A stretch of 26,875 nt of DNA from a virus, in IMG/VR virus record IMGVR_UViG_3300050821_002228; one strand, 5' to 3'. Shown piece after piece: positions 1-7,883 of the stretch. Position 1 is the stretch's first letter; the number at the start of each line of letters is the position of its first letter. The notes beneath the pieces were generated by a model that ran no database searches, was not told the origin of the DNA, and saw only the letters and a program-made list of their open reading frames with translations. Both the position numbers and the translations under genes were made by a program.

Positions 1-719
1 GTCGCAAACAGGTCAGCCGCCGTATCCCCGGCGTCCGCGCCCTCCGCCAACAACACAGACCGCCGGTCACGGTCAGGGACGCCGCCAGACCAGCACAGCC
101 CGCCGTCGGGGCCGCCGAACGGGCAGCCCTGACACCACGCGCTGTCGGGTTCGTAGTCACGCGGGACCAGGTCGAACGGCACTGACCGGACGTCGTCCAG
201 CCACTCCAGCGCGTCCTTGATGTCGCGCATGCTGAAGTACTGCTCGTACTGCCATTCCTCGCCGGTGTCCCGGCACAGGTAGTCGATCCGGAACGTCTCC
301 ACCGGTACCGGCGGGTCCTGCGTCAGCAGGGCCGCGCAGTAGCCGGAGCATTGCCACAGGTGCGCGAACGGCGGACCGTGCAGCTTAATCGACTCCAGCC
401 ACCGGGACGTGGTGGTTTTGGTGTCCACGACCCGGCGGTGTTCCGGTTCGTACCGGTCGAAGTGGCCTTTGATCCCGGCGTACTCGACTTCCCATTCGGC
501 GGGCATGCCCAGTGCGTCAAGGACGATCTTCAACTGTTCGTGGACGGCGGTCCCGATCATGGCGGTAACCGACGACATGCGGTTGACAGGCTCGTACCCG
601 TCGATCTTGTAGCGGGTGCGGCGGCGGCAGCCGCCGATGTCGGACCAGCCAATCTCACGCTGCGCGGAGCGTGCGCGGAGCTGGTCCGCCAGCAGCAGCA
701 GGGCGGATGTAGAGGTCAC
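1..719 (-). CDS. Cas4-like / PD-(D/E)XK exonuclease (runs off the left edge)
   Basis: Absent from the ORF track; translated by hand from a GTG overlapping the HNH stop (GTGA): MTSTSALLL...IGWSDIGGCRRR...IGTAVH...GHFD...VVDTKT...WQCSGY...WCQGCPF...LCW. One N-terminal plus three C-terminal Cys and D-x-K / QxxxY motifs are typical of Cas4-family phage exonucleases; it lies in the same operon as RecT. Confidence 0.85.
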   Translation of the reverse strand, partial: MTSTSALLLLADQLRARSAQREIGWSDIGGCRRRTRYKIDGYEPVNRMSSVTAMIGTAVHEQLKIVLDALGMPAEWEVEYAGIKGHFDRYEPEHRRVVDTKTTTSRWLESIKLHGPPFAHLWQCSGYCAALLTQDPPVPVETFRIDYLCRDTGEEWQYEQYFSMRDIKDALEWLDDVRSVPFDLVPRDYEPDSAWCQGCPFGGPDGGLCWSGGVPDRDRRSVLLAEGADAGDTAADLFA

Positions 720-1159
720 GCAGCCACCTGATTCCGCAGCTCTTTGACTCGTTTCTGGTACGCACGTTGATACGCGTTGTAACACGTGCGGCAACGCCGT
801 TCACCGTTCAACAGGTGACCTTCTTTGCACGTTGTGCGGTCACCGAACTTACGGCGGATATTCTCTGCGTGGGTCACGGCCTCTAGGTGGTCAGGGTTGA
901 CACAATTGCGAACCCGGCAGAGATGATCAATTTCCAACCCGTCAGGAATTAACCCTTTGGATCGCTCGTAAGACCACCGGTGCGCGTATACCGACCGGTA
1001 GCTACCATCCGTCATGCGCTGGTTAAACCTGCCGTACCCAAGGTCTTGGATCTCACCATTCCACGCATGGCATGGTGTTGAGAACCCGTTATCTTCCGGC
1101 AGCCACTTGGCGTCAAACCGTTGATCGTTTAGCGCGGCCCGTTTAGGACGCTCAATCAC
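716..1159 (-). CDS. HNH (HNH_3-type) homing endonuclease
   Basis: CHAWNG...GYGRF...AHRWSY...IPDGLEIDHLCRVRNCVNPDHLEAVTHAEN plus C-terminal CKEGH/CRTC; visibly more AT-rich than its neighbours. Confidence 0.92.
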   Translation of the reverse strand: MIERPKRAALNDQRFDAKWLPEDNGFSTPCHAWNGEIQDLGYGRFNQRMTDGSYRSVYAHRWSYERSKGLIPDGLEIDHLCRVRNCVNPDHLEAVTHAENIRRKFGDRTTCKEGHLLNGERRCRTCYNAYQRAYQKRVKELRNQVAA

Positions 1160-1487
1160 AAGCGTTCACCAGCTTCACGGCACGGTCGTGCCGGGTTTCG
1201 GCGTATTTCTGAAGCGCGGCCTCAGCGCTGTCACCGGCCACCGACTGCAAAGCCACCATGGCGGCGAGGATCACGTCACACAACTCGTCGCGGACGTCGT
1301 TCCACGTGTGCGTCACGCCCTTACGCGGGTTCTGGCCGGTCACGCCGATGATAGCGGCCGTGACCTCACCCAGTTCCTCGGCGACCTTGAAACAGCGGAG
1401 AACGCGGTAGTCCCCGGGATGCGGGGCGGATGACCGGTCTAGCCACGCGGTCAGGTAGCGGATGTGTGCCCAGATGTCATCCATCAC
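1152..1487 (-). CDS. MazG-like nucleotide pyrophosphohydrolase
   Basis: 3' part of track ORF 1152..2291: KVAEELGEV...GQNPRKGVTH...DELCDV (EExxE...ExxD MazG motif). Start is GTG 1487 or ATG 1484, overlapping the RecT stop. Confidence 0.88.
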   Translation of the reverse strand: MMDDIWAHIRYLTAWLDRSSAPHPGDYRVLRCFKVAEELGEVTAAIIGVTGQNPRKGVTHTWNDVRDELCDVILAAMVALQSVAGDSAEAALQKYAETRHDRAVKLVNACD

Positions 1488-2509
1488 TCGGGCTCCACAA
1501 TCCATACCGGCTCGTGGTCGTAGTCGGCGCCGGTGTGTTCGAACGGCAGCATGCGGGTTCCGCAGATCTCGCACGTCTTCTCGCCGTCGTGTTCCCGCAC
1601 CGCCGTGCCGGGTTCCGTGACCTTCTCGCGCGGCGACACCCGGTTGTGGATCTTCCGCAGCGCGGCCTTCGCCGATTCCGGATCGCCCTCCCGAACCTCC
1701 TCGAACGCGTCCGCGATGGTGGGGCTGTTCCCGGTCATGCGACCGGCCAGCGCCAGCAACTCGCCCGCCAACTGTTCCTGTTCCTGTGCGGTGCCCTGCA
1801 CGGTGTTGGCGGCGACGAACCGGGACCGTTCCTCGCCGAACCCGTCCTCGGCGGCGTCGTCGTATTCCTCGCCCTCGATACCCATGGTGCCGTAAATAAC
1901 CTCTGGGCAGGCGTAGCGGGAGCAGTGGGAGATGGCGCGGTACCGCAGCATCGTGGCCGTGTACTGTTCCCACGGCAGTTTCTCCCCGGACCGGGAGTTG
2001 CGGGCCATCACGGCGCCGTCGTCGTTGACCTGTGCCAGCCCGGCATTGCGGGCGTCCCAGACGGAGAACGTCAGCTCGTGAACGGTTTTGTCGTCGCCCC
2101 GGACGATCGTGGCCTTCGCCGACAGCGGGCGCTTCGACGTCGGGTGGTATTCCATGTCCACGGTCAGGCGGTGTCCGGCCTGACGGACGCGGGTGGCCCA
2201 CACCTGCCCGGACAGCATCGGGCGGCCCTTGACCACGTAGATGCCGTTGATGGCCTGCATCGGGGACATGCCCAATTCGGTGCCCATGCACAGGATCAGG
2301 ACGACGTCCGCGACTTTGATCTGTCCGGATTGGCGGTCACGCAGGGAATCGGGGAGGAGACCGGCCATCGCGAGGGAACGTCCGTACAGGACGGCTTCCT
2401 CTAGGGTCTCAAGGGGTTTGCCCAACGGGACGCGGGCGAGTTCGGCCATGGCCGGGGCGGCGTTGCGGGCCAGTTCGGCGGCAGGCTGACGCAGAGCAAG
2501 ATCGTTCAA
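1484..2509 (-). CDS. RecT-like single-strand annealing recombinase
   Basis: GTELGMSPMQAINGIYVVKGRPMLSG...TFSVWDARNAGLA...WEQYTATMLRYRAISHCSRYACPEV, with an acidic C-terminal tail; operonic with the exonuclease. Confidence 0.85.
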   Translation of the reverse strand: MNDLALRQPAAELARNAAPAMAELARVPLGKPLETLEEAVLYGRSLAMAGLLPDSLRDRQSGQIKVADVVLILCMGTELGMSPMQAINGIYVVKGRPMLSGQVWATRVRQAGHRLTVDMEYHPTSKRPLSAKATIVRGDDKTVHELTFSVWDARNAGLAQVNDDGAVMARNSRSGEKLPWEQYTATMLRYRAISHCSRYACPEVIYGTMGIEGEEYDDAAEDGFGEERSRFVAANTVQGTAQEQEQLAGELLALAGRMTGNSPTIADAFEEVREGDPESAKAALRKIHNRVSPREKVTEPGTAVREHDGEKTCEICGTRMLPFEHTGADYDHEPVWIVEPE

Positions 2510-2578
2510 TTGTGGGTTCCTCTGAAGCTGGGAGTGCTGTTTGATTGCCTCCCATCTTAGAAGAACCCACCGACAGTT

Positions 2579-2788
2579 TCAGTGCTTCCGGCCGCCCCGC
2601 CTCGTGATCTTGTCGTGGTAGTAGGCGACGGCGGCGCCGTTGACCACGGACATGGGGGCGAAGAAGTACAGCCACGGCCACGCCTTGGCGTACACGACCG
2701 TCACGGACATGGTGACGGCGGTGAACACTGCCAGGATCATCAGCACGCGCATCATGTAGTCGTTCACGTGCTGCCGTTCAGTCGTCAC
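2579..2788 (-). CDS. small two-TM membrane protein
   Basis: Two hydrophobic segments; GTGA overlap with the upstream gene. Confidence 0.7.
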   Translation of the reverse strand: MTTERQHVNDYMMRVLMILAVFTAVTMSVTVVYAKAWPWLYFFAPMSVVNGAAVAYYHDKITRRGGRKH

Positions 2789-2931
2789 GAAGCGGTTTCC
2801 TTAACAATACGGGGGTTGACACCGTTGTTATACATGCTGCGCCACTTCACAACGACTTGTTCCGGCGTCAAGCCTTCGAGGACGACTTTCCATGCGTGGT
2901 CACGGATAGACCACACCTCTATCTTGTACAC
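2785..2931 (-). CDS. hypothetical protein (48 aa)
   Basis: CCGGAGGAATC-GTG start; MYKIEVWSIRDHAWKVVLEGLTPEQVVVKWRSMYNNGVNPRIVKETAS; stop overlaps the next start. Confidence 0.7.
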   Translation of the reverse strand: MYKIEVWSIRDHAWKVVLEGLTPEQVVVKWRSMYNNGVNPRIVKETAS

Positions 2932-2960
2932 GATTCCTCCGGGTGTCGTGGACGGTTGAA

Positions 2961-2989
2961 CCCCGGCCGCCGGGGGGCAGCGGCCGGGG
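2961..2989 (-). terminator. intergenic GC hairpin
   Basis: CCCCGGCCGC-N9-GCGGCCGGGG just after the stop at 3001. Confidence 0.55.
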
Positions 2990-3000
2990 CGTCTGTGGTG

Positions 3001-3156
3001 TTACCGGCGGCGGATGATGTGCAGTTGGTACAGGCACAACCCGAAGGCCACACCACACCACACGGCAGGGATCACCCATCCGTTGATTACTGATACGAGC
3101 CAGACCGGGCCGGTGACCACCGCGATACCGATCAGGTGTGCGCGTTCGCGGTTCAC
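3001..3156 (-). CDS. small membrane protein (51 aa)
   Basis: MNRERAHLIGIAVVTGPVWLVSVINGWVIPAVWCGVAFGLCLYQLHIIRRR; GTGA coupling. Confidence 0.65.
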   Translation of the reverse strand: MNRERAHLIGIAVVTGPVWLVSVINGWVIPAVWCGVAFGLCLYQLHIIRRR

Positions 3157-3311
3157 GGACGTGCCATCCACGCCATGGCCGCGTTCGCGCCGAACAGTGC
3201 GGCGTTGATGAGCGCCAGCACCATCAGGTGCGCCAGTACCCCGGCGGTGGTCAACACGGCCGCACCACCGGCGCAGTACATGTGCGCACGGAACTGCCAC
3301 TTGCGGGTCAT
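3153..3311 (-). CDS. small membrane protein (52 aa)
   Basis: MTRKWQFRAHMYCAGGAAVLTTAGVLAHLMVLALINAALFGANAAMAWMARP; 4-bp start/stop overlaps on both sides. Confidence 0.65.
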   Translation of the reverse strand: MTRKWQFRAHMYCAGGAAVLTTAGVLAHLMVLALINAALFGANAAMAWMARP

Positions 3312-4711
3312 TCGGCACCGACCGGGATCATGATCGACTGCGGGACGGCGCGGTTCTGCCCGAGGATGATTCCCCGCATCGAGTGGGTGATGATCGCCGA
3401 TGCCTCAGCGGCCGTGTACTGCCCGGCCTGCGACGGGTGCGTGACGTAGCCACTGCGGTTTGGGCCCCAGTACAGCTGATGCTTGTTCGACCAGATGTAG
3501 AACATCAGGTTGGGGTCAAACTCGGCGTCGTCCTCGTCGTCGTCGGTCCACAGCGAGTCTTCGATGTTCGAACACTCGATGATCTTGAGGGTGTCCGGGG
3601 ACGTCACGGTCTCCCCGGCGGTGCCGTCGGCAACCGCCGCGTCCAACGTGGCGATCACCGACGCCCCGTCGTCCAAATCGTCGTCCAGTGCGGCGGCGTA
3701 CTCGGCGCGCATCACCGCCGCGTAGTCGTCGTTGCCGACAATGTCGGACGTGCCGATCCGGTGTCCTTCCATCGGGTGCGGGTTGGTGGGGCGCCGGAAA
3801 CGCGGATAGTCGCCGGATGCGATCTGACGTCCGATCTCGCGTGCCGTCGCCTCCGTCATGGGCGCGTTGACCTTGTCGGCGTACGACGGCGACTCGTCCA
3901 TGTCGCCGTTGTTCAACGCGGCGTAGAACTCGTCCCGGGCGGCCTCGTTGACGAACAGGATGCCGCCGGATTCCACGGCGCCGCCCTCGATCATCTCCCG
4001 CGCCTCGTCGGTGGAGAGCCGGTACTTCCCGGCCACGGCCTCCACGTCGGCCTGGTCCAACGCGGCGATCGTCGCCGGGTCGTCGCCCATGTCGGTGTAC
4101 GCCGCGCCGTCGCCGACGTTCACCGTCACGTTGACGTTGACGCCGCCAGCCGTGTCTTCGATGAGGTCCAGGTATGACCTGGTGACGGTGGCTGCGGACC
4201 GCAGCATCTCGGCGACGGTGTGGACCTCCACCACGTTGTCCTTGACCAACAGCCACCAGTGGTCGGACGTCTCCTCGCCCTGCGCCTCGATCACACCGTT
4301 CAGGACGTGATCGAACGTGAACGCCTCGAACTCGTCGGGGTAGAACCGGTCCGGGTCCATCCCGGACGCCATCTCCCGCATCAGGGTGCAGCCGTCCGAC
4401 AGGAACGTGTCAATCAGGTACGTCATCCACGCGGCGCTGTCGTAGAACTTCTCACCCCCGTCCCACTCGATCGCGGTCCCGTCGTCGGTGGAGACCCAGT
4501 CGCACCACAGCCCCGGCTGCCCCTTCGGCGGGGTGTTCTGCGCGCCGGGGACCTCGCCGCCGGTCAGGTGAACAAAGTCGGTGACGACGTACGGGCCGCC
4601 CACGTATCCCTGATGCCGGGTCTTGCTGAACTCCTTGATGAAGGAGATCTCGAACTCGTTCAGCGGCGGTACCACATTGATCTTGCCGCTGAAATCGGTG
4701 TTGTATCCCAC
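3308..4711 (-). CDS. multi-domain phage hypothetical protein (467 aa)
   Basis: RBS CCGGAGGG with GTG at 4711. N-terminal MGYNTDFSG...PGLWCDW...WDGGEKFY domain, acidic middle, C-terminal WSNKH..YWGPNRSGY..AGQY module. Confidence 0.8.
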   Translation of the reverse strand: MGYNTDFSGKINVVPPLNEFEISFIKEFSKTRHQGYVGGPYVVTDFVHLTGGEVPGAQNTPPKGQPGLWCDWVSTDDGTAIEWDGGEKFYDSAAWMTYLIDTFLSDGCTLMREMASGMDPDRFYPDEFEAFTFDHVLNGVIEAQGEETSDHWWLLVKDNVVEVHTVAEMLRSAATVTRSYLDLIEDTAGGVNVNVTVNVGDGAAYTDMGDDPATIAALDQADVEAVAGKYRLSTDEAREMIEGGAVESGGILFVNEAARDEFYAALNNGDMDESPSYADKVNAPMTEATAREIGRQIASGDYPRFRRPTNPHPMEGHRIGTSDIVGNDDYAAVMRAEYAAALDDDLDDGASVIATLDAAVADGTAGETVTSPDTLKIIECSNIEDSLWTDDDEDDAEFDPNLMFYIWSNKHQLYWGPNRSGYVTHPSQAGQYTAAEASAIITHSMRGIILGQNRAVPQSIMIPVGAE

Positions 4712-4731
4712 TAGCATTCCCTCCGGACAGG

Positions 4732-4763
4732 CCAGCGGCCGGGGGTACGGTCCCGGCCGCTGG
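4732..4763 (-). terminator. intergenic GC hairpin
   Basis: CCAGCGGCCGGG-N8-CCCGGCCGCTGG, 12-bp perfect arms after the stop at 4768. Confidence 0.6.
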
Positions 4764-4767
4764 TGGT

Positions 4768-5028
4768 CTAGTTGATGGGCTCGACGTAGTCCGGGTCCAC
4801 GCGGGTGGTGTACGCGGCGGACACGTCGTTGTGGCGCCCCTCGTACACGCCGGTGACCCAAAACTCGGCGGTGCCGGTCATCCCGGCGCCGGTCCATGTC
4901 TGTTGCGCGTCGTTCCGCGCCATGTCCTCAGCGCCACGCGCCGTGATCGCCTGGTAGGTGCTGTTCCACCGCTCCTTGGTGGTGGGCCACACGCCGTTGA
5001 CGGTCCACCAGGGGGTCAGCTCGTCCAT
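4768..5028 (-). CDS. hypothetical protein
   Basis: 86-aa ORF with natural composition, coupled to the upstream stop. Confidence 0.75.
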   Translation of the reverse strand: MDELTPWWTVNGVWPTTKERWNSTYQAITARGAEDMARNDAQQTWTGAGMTGTAEFWVTGVYEGRHNDVSAAYTTRVDPDYVEPIN

Positions 5029-5159
5029 CAGTGTCCCTTCCGGAACATCGTCTTGCGGATCAGGAACGTGGCGATCACCAGGAACATGATCGGCTGGGAT
5101 CCGCCGGTCAGGCAGTCCCGTCCCGCCTTGTTTTCGCCCCGGTCCTCACGGACGGCCAT
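5028..5159 (-). CDS. small hypothetical protein (43 aa)
   Basis: MAVREDRGENKAGRDCLTGGSQPIMFLVIATFLIRKTMFRKGH fills the gap exactly, with TGATG couplings. Confidence 0.55.
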   Translation of the reverse strand: MAVREDRGENKAGRDCLTGGSQPIMFLVIATFLIRKTMFRKGH

Positions 5160-5833
5160 CAGCGCGGCACCACCGGGGCGGGCTTCGGCGCCGGGTTCGG
5201 CCGGGCGTTGCCGCCGCCGAACCCACCCGCCTTGGGCGCGGACGGGGCCGGGTTGTTGACCTTCGGCGCCGACGGGGCGGGGTTCCGCATGTTGCCGCCG
5301 CCGAGGGTGGGGGCGGTGCGGGCGTTGCCGCCGCCGAAGACGCTGCCGGGTGCGGTGGTACCGGACTTGGGGAGGCCGGTGACCTTGGCGCCGGTGCTGG
5401 ACTTGTACGTCCCGGTGGTGCGGTCCTTGACGATGGTGACGTTGTACGTCTTGTAGAACGTGGAGCCGGTGCCCCACTGGTTGCCCCAGCCGGACCGGTA
5501 CGACGTGGGCACGTAGGTGAGGTACGCGTCCGACAGGTAGTAGTCGTAGTAGGTCTCGTGCCACGCCAGCGGCATGACGGTGGGGATGGATCCGGCGGGG
5601 CAGAGCCCGGCGGCGACCATGTTCGTGACCTCGGCGGGGCTGTCCAGGTAGTAGCAGTCGAACGCGTTGCCGACCTGGACGCCCATGGCGGCGGGCGCGT
5701 AGGACGCGGCGGCGGGCTGGGTGGTGACGACGGCCACGGTGTGGTGGTGGGCGCACCCGGCCACGAGGGTTGTGGTGAGGGCGGCGGCGAAGGCCGCGAT
5801 GGGGGCCGCCAGGCGGCGGCGGTTGGTGGGCAT
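5159..5833 (-). CDS. lipoprotein with Tyr-rich core and Gly/Pro-rich repeat tail
   Basis: RBS CCGGAGGAAAACAC-ATG; MPTNRRR plus hydrophobic stretch plus lipobox VAGC; GGGN and NPAPSAPK repeats. Confidence 0.8.
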   Translation of the reverse strand: MPTNRRRLAAPIAAFAAALTTTLVAGCAHHHTVAVVTTQPAAASYAPAAMGVQVGNAFDCYYLDSPAEVTNMVAAGLCPAGSIPTVMPLAWHETYYDYYLSDAYLTYVPTSYRSGWGNQWGTGSTFYKTYNVTIVKDRTTGTYKSSTGAKVTGLPKSGTTAPGSVFGGGNARTAPTLGGGNMRNPAPSAPKVNNPAPSAPKAGGFGGGNARPNPAPKPAPVVPR

Positions 5834-5903
5834 GTGTTTTCCTCCGGTTGTGGATGGTGCTGTCACGGTACCGTCGTGGGGCGGTCCCTGATTCCGTGTC
5901 GGT

Positions 5904-5934
5904 ATCGTACCCCATGGACCCTGACGCCGTATAC
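5904..5934 (-). promoter_or_regulatory. promoter (TATACG-N18-TACGAT) with palindromic box
   Basis: Lies in the divergent intergenic region; box CCTGACGCCGTATAC at 5920-5934. Confidence 0.6.
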
Positions 5935-5956
5935 CCCCCAGACGGAGGAAACCAGA

Positions 5957-6496
5957 ATGACCACAGACGCATTCGTTGACGACAACCAGTTCGTTTCACA
6001 CGCGGGCCCAGCCGCCCACGCATTGACACTGCTCGCATACGGATCCCGTGGCCACTGGCCCGACACCATCGAAACCATCCACGCCATCCACAACGAGAAC
6101 GGCGAATCACTGGCCCGCGCGTTCGCCGTGTTCTACCAGATGATCAAGTACCAGCAGGGCGCCAGAAACTCCACCGACCGGATTGCCCGGTCCCTGTCCC
6201 TGCTCGGACGCGAGGAGTACGCTGCTATCCGCGTCGCTGACGTTTTGCTTCACCGCCTCGCCGTGGACGACACCCCCGGGTTCGCTGACGCATGGGATGG
6301 GGTCCGGTTCGCCTTCGGCGGCCGGAACGTCGTCCCCGTCGCCGCCGCCGTACTGATGATCACGTTGGGTGCGTTGGAACCGGAGGACAAGGATGCGGTT
6401 GTGTTGCTGGACCGGCTCACCACGGACGGCGCGTTCACGGCATTGCTCCAATCGTTCGGCATGGGCAACCAGCCCGTCACGACCGACAACGCCTGA
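5957..6496 (+). CDS. hypothetical alpha-helical protein
   Basis: RBS CGGAGGAAACCAGA-ATG; MTTDAFVDDNQF...; 179 aa. Confidence 0.8.
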   Translation: MTTDAFVDDNQFVSHAGPAAHALTLLAYGSRGHWPDTIETIHAIHNENGESLARAFAVFYQMIKYQQGARNSTDRIARSLSLLGREEYAAIRVADVLLHRLAVDDTPGFADAWDGVRFAFGGRNVVPVAAAVLMITLGALEPEDKDAVVLLDRLTTDGAFTALLQSFGMGNQPVTTDNA

Positions 6497-6518
6497 CCCC
6501 CAGATTGTTCACGAAGAC

Positions 6519-6953
6519 GTGGACCGTACAGCCGTTGTCATGGCCTTGGGCCGTGACCTCCTCAACTGCTACGACGACGGAGACATGGACACGTTCTCCG
6601 ACGTCGCATACGGCGCGTGGATAGACCACGCCGACATCCTCCTCGACACCATGTACCTGTGGTTCCAATACACAATCCAGGAACGCGGCGAGGACTATGT
6701 GCGATGGGTTGTCAACCAGATCACCTCCGACGTGCCGACACTGGATGTGGACGAACCGGGGTCGCGGGTCGTGTTCTGCGACGTGATGTACGGCATGTTG
6801 GACCGGTCACACCACCGGGCCGTCGGCGCATGGCAGCCGGTACGGGATCGGGAGGACTGGCCGGTGGCGTCGGAGGTGATTTCGATGGTCCTCGCCTACA
6901 TGGGTCATTTCATCGGCGCGCCGCGCGGCATGCAGACCGAGGACACGGCATGA
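6519..6953 (+). CDS. hypothetical protein, probable paralog of the upstream gene (start uncertain)
   Basis: Natural composition from VDRTAVVMALG; shares a DV..AWxxVR..PVAxxV pattern with 5957-6496. Confidence 0.7.
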   Translation: MDRTAVVMALGRDLLNCYDDGDMDTFSDVAYGAWIDHADILLDTMYLWFQYTIQERGEDYVRWVVNQITSDVPTLDVDEPGSRVVFCDVMYGMLDRSHHRAVGAWQPVRDREDWPVASEVISMVLAYMGHFIGAPRGMQTEDTA

Positions 6954-7090
6954 GGGCGGTATGCCCGGTGTGCGGCCGGTCGATTATTGTGACCGCAGCC
7001 GGGCGTTTCCGTGTCCATGGTGATGGGCTGCCCGGGAATCTGCCGTTTCAGGCACGGTGTAAGGGCAGCGGCGAGGAGGCCCCGGCGTAG
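6950..7090 (+). CDS. small Zn-binding protein (46 aa)
   Basis: MRAVCPVCGR...RFRVH...RCKGSG (CxxC-H-C); ATGA overlap. Confidence 0.7.
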   Translation: MRAVCPVCGRSIIVTAAGRFRVHGDGLPGNLPFQARCKGSGEEAPA

Positions 7091-7392
7091 TGTCTGGTCG
7101 GACGTTCGGGTATTACACGCCGTCTGGCTACTGGGTGTCGTTGACCGATGAGCGGTACGCGCCGACGTACGGCACGGCGGTCACGCCGGTGTGGTCGTGG
7201 ACGCCTGATAAGTATGAGTTGACGTACGGCACTGTGGTGGCGCCGACAGCGTGGTTGCCGATGACCGGCGGCACGGCGTCCCACAGCGCCGTGTGGCGCA
7301 CCGTGTTCGATGCCGGGTGGTTGGACCGCGTGGCCTGCGGAACGCGCCGCAGCGTGGCGGCTACGGCGGTGGGTCCGTCGGTGGTGCCGTGA
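7090..7392 (+). CDS. hypothetical protein
   Basis: Fills the gap with coupled start and stop; internal repeat YAPTYGTAVTP / YELTYGTVVAP. Confidence 0.55.
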   Translation: MSGRTFGYYTPSGYWVSLTDERYAPTYGTAVTPVWSWTPDKYELTYGTVVAPTAWLPMTGGTASHSAVWRTVFDAGWLDRVACGTRRSVAATAVGPSVVP

Positions 7393-7679
7393 CTGAGGCT
7401 GAGTTTCAGACGGTTGTCATGGGTGTGGCAAAGATGTACGGGTGGGTGGTGTACCACGTGTATGACTCCCGCCGGACGTCTGCCCGGGGCTGCCCGGATT
7501 TGATCATGTTGCATGAGGGTCAGCGTCGGCTGGTTTTTGCGGAGTTGAAAACGGCTCGGGGTAAGCTGACTCCGGAGCAGGATTGGTGGATCCGGGTGCT
7601 TGTCACCTGTGGTGTTGAGGCCGTGGTGTGGCGCCCGTCGGATCTTCCTATTATCCCAAAGTTTTTATCACCCGCCTGA
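7389..7679 (+). CDS. VRR-NUC domain nuclease (Holliday junction resolvase-like)
   Basis: MTEAEFQ...GCPDLIML...FAELKTARGKLTPEQDWW...VWRPSD. Confidence 0.9.
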   Translation: MTEAEFQTVVMGVAKMYGWVVYHVYDSRRTSARGCPDLIMLHEGQRRLVFAELKTARGKLTPEQDWWIRVLVTCGVEAVVWRPSDLPIIPKFLSPA

Positions 7680-7683
7680 CTGA

Positions 7684-7712
7684 TCGACAAACGGTGGGGG
7701 ACCGCGTAATGT
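7684..7712 (+). promoter_or_regulatory. promoter TCGACA-N17-TAATGT
   Basis: Sigma-70-like spacing; near-identical architecture at 21804-21832. Confidence 0.55.
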
Positions 7713-7733
7713 AGTGGATCACCAGATGGCGGG

Positions 7734-7771
7734 GTGATCCCCCCGGGTCCTTTAGGGATTTGGGGGGATCA
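7734..7771 (+). other. strong hairpin in the rep leader region
   Basis: GTGATCCCCCC...GGGGGGATCAC 11-bp perfect arms, extendable inward with G-U pairs. Confidence 0.6.
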
Positions 7772-7830
7772 CGACGCCCACGTAAGACAAGACACGCTGT
7801 GCACCGGCCTAAGTTTTGGCGACGAATCCG

Positions 7831-7876
7831 GTATACGGCGTCTAGCTGAACGGCGTCAAACGTTGGGAATTACGAT
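7831..7876 (+). promoter_or_regulatory. promoter TGAACG-N18-TACGAT with two abutting palindromic boxes; leaderless start
   Basis: GTATACGGCGTCTAG (7831-7845) plus CTGAACGGCGTCAAA (7846-7860); TACGAT at 7871-7876; ATG follows 7 nt later. Confidence 0.65.
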
Positions 7877-7883
7877 ACACATA

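Noticed and set aside
1-719. Cas4-like gene as evidence of CRISPR-Cas
   Set aside because: No repeat-spacer array or other cas genes in the window; solo Cas4-like exonucleases beside RecT are ordinary phage recombination genes.
716-1159. HNH as a group I intron-encoded ORF
   Set aside because: Both flanking genes look complete and overlap the HNH directly, leaving no room for intron core structure.
1152-2291. 379-aa track ORF as one gene
   Set aside because: The 5' two-thirds is an Arg/Gly-rich shadow frame of RecT; only 1152-1487 is MazG-like.
2815-2829. GTTGACACCGTTGTT as another operator box
   Set aside because: Lies inside a CDS, the right half-site is mismatched, and there is no TACGAT at the fixed distance.
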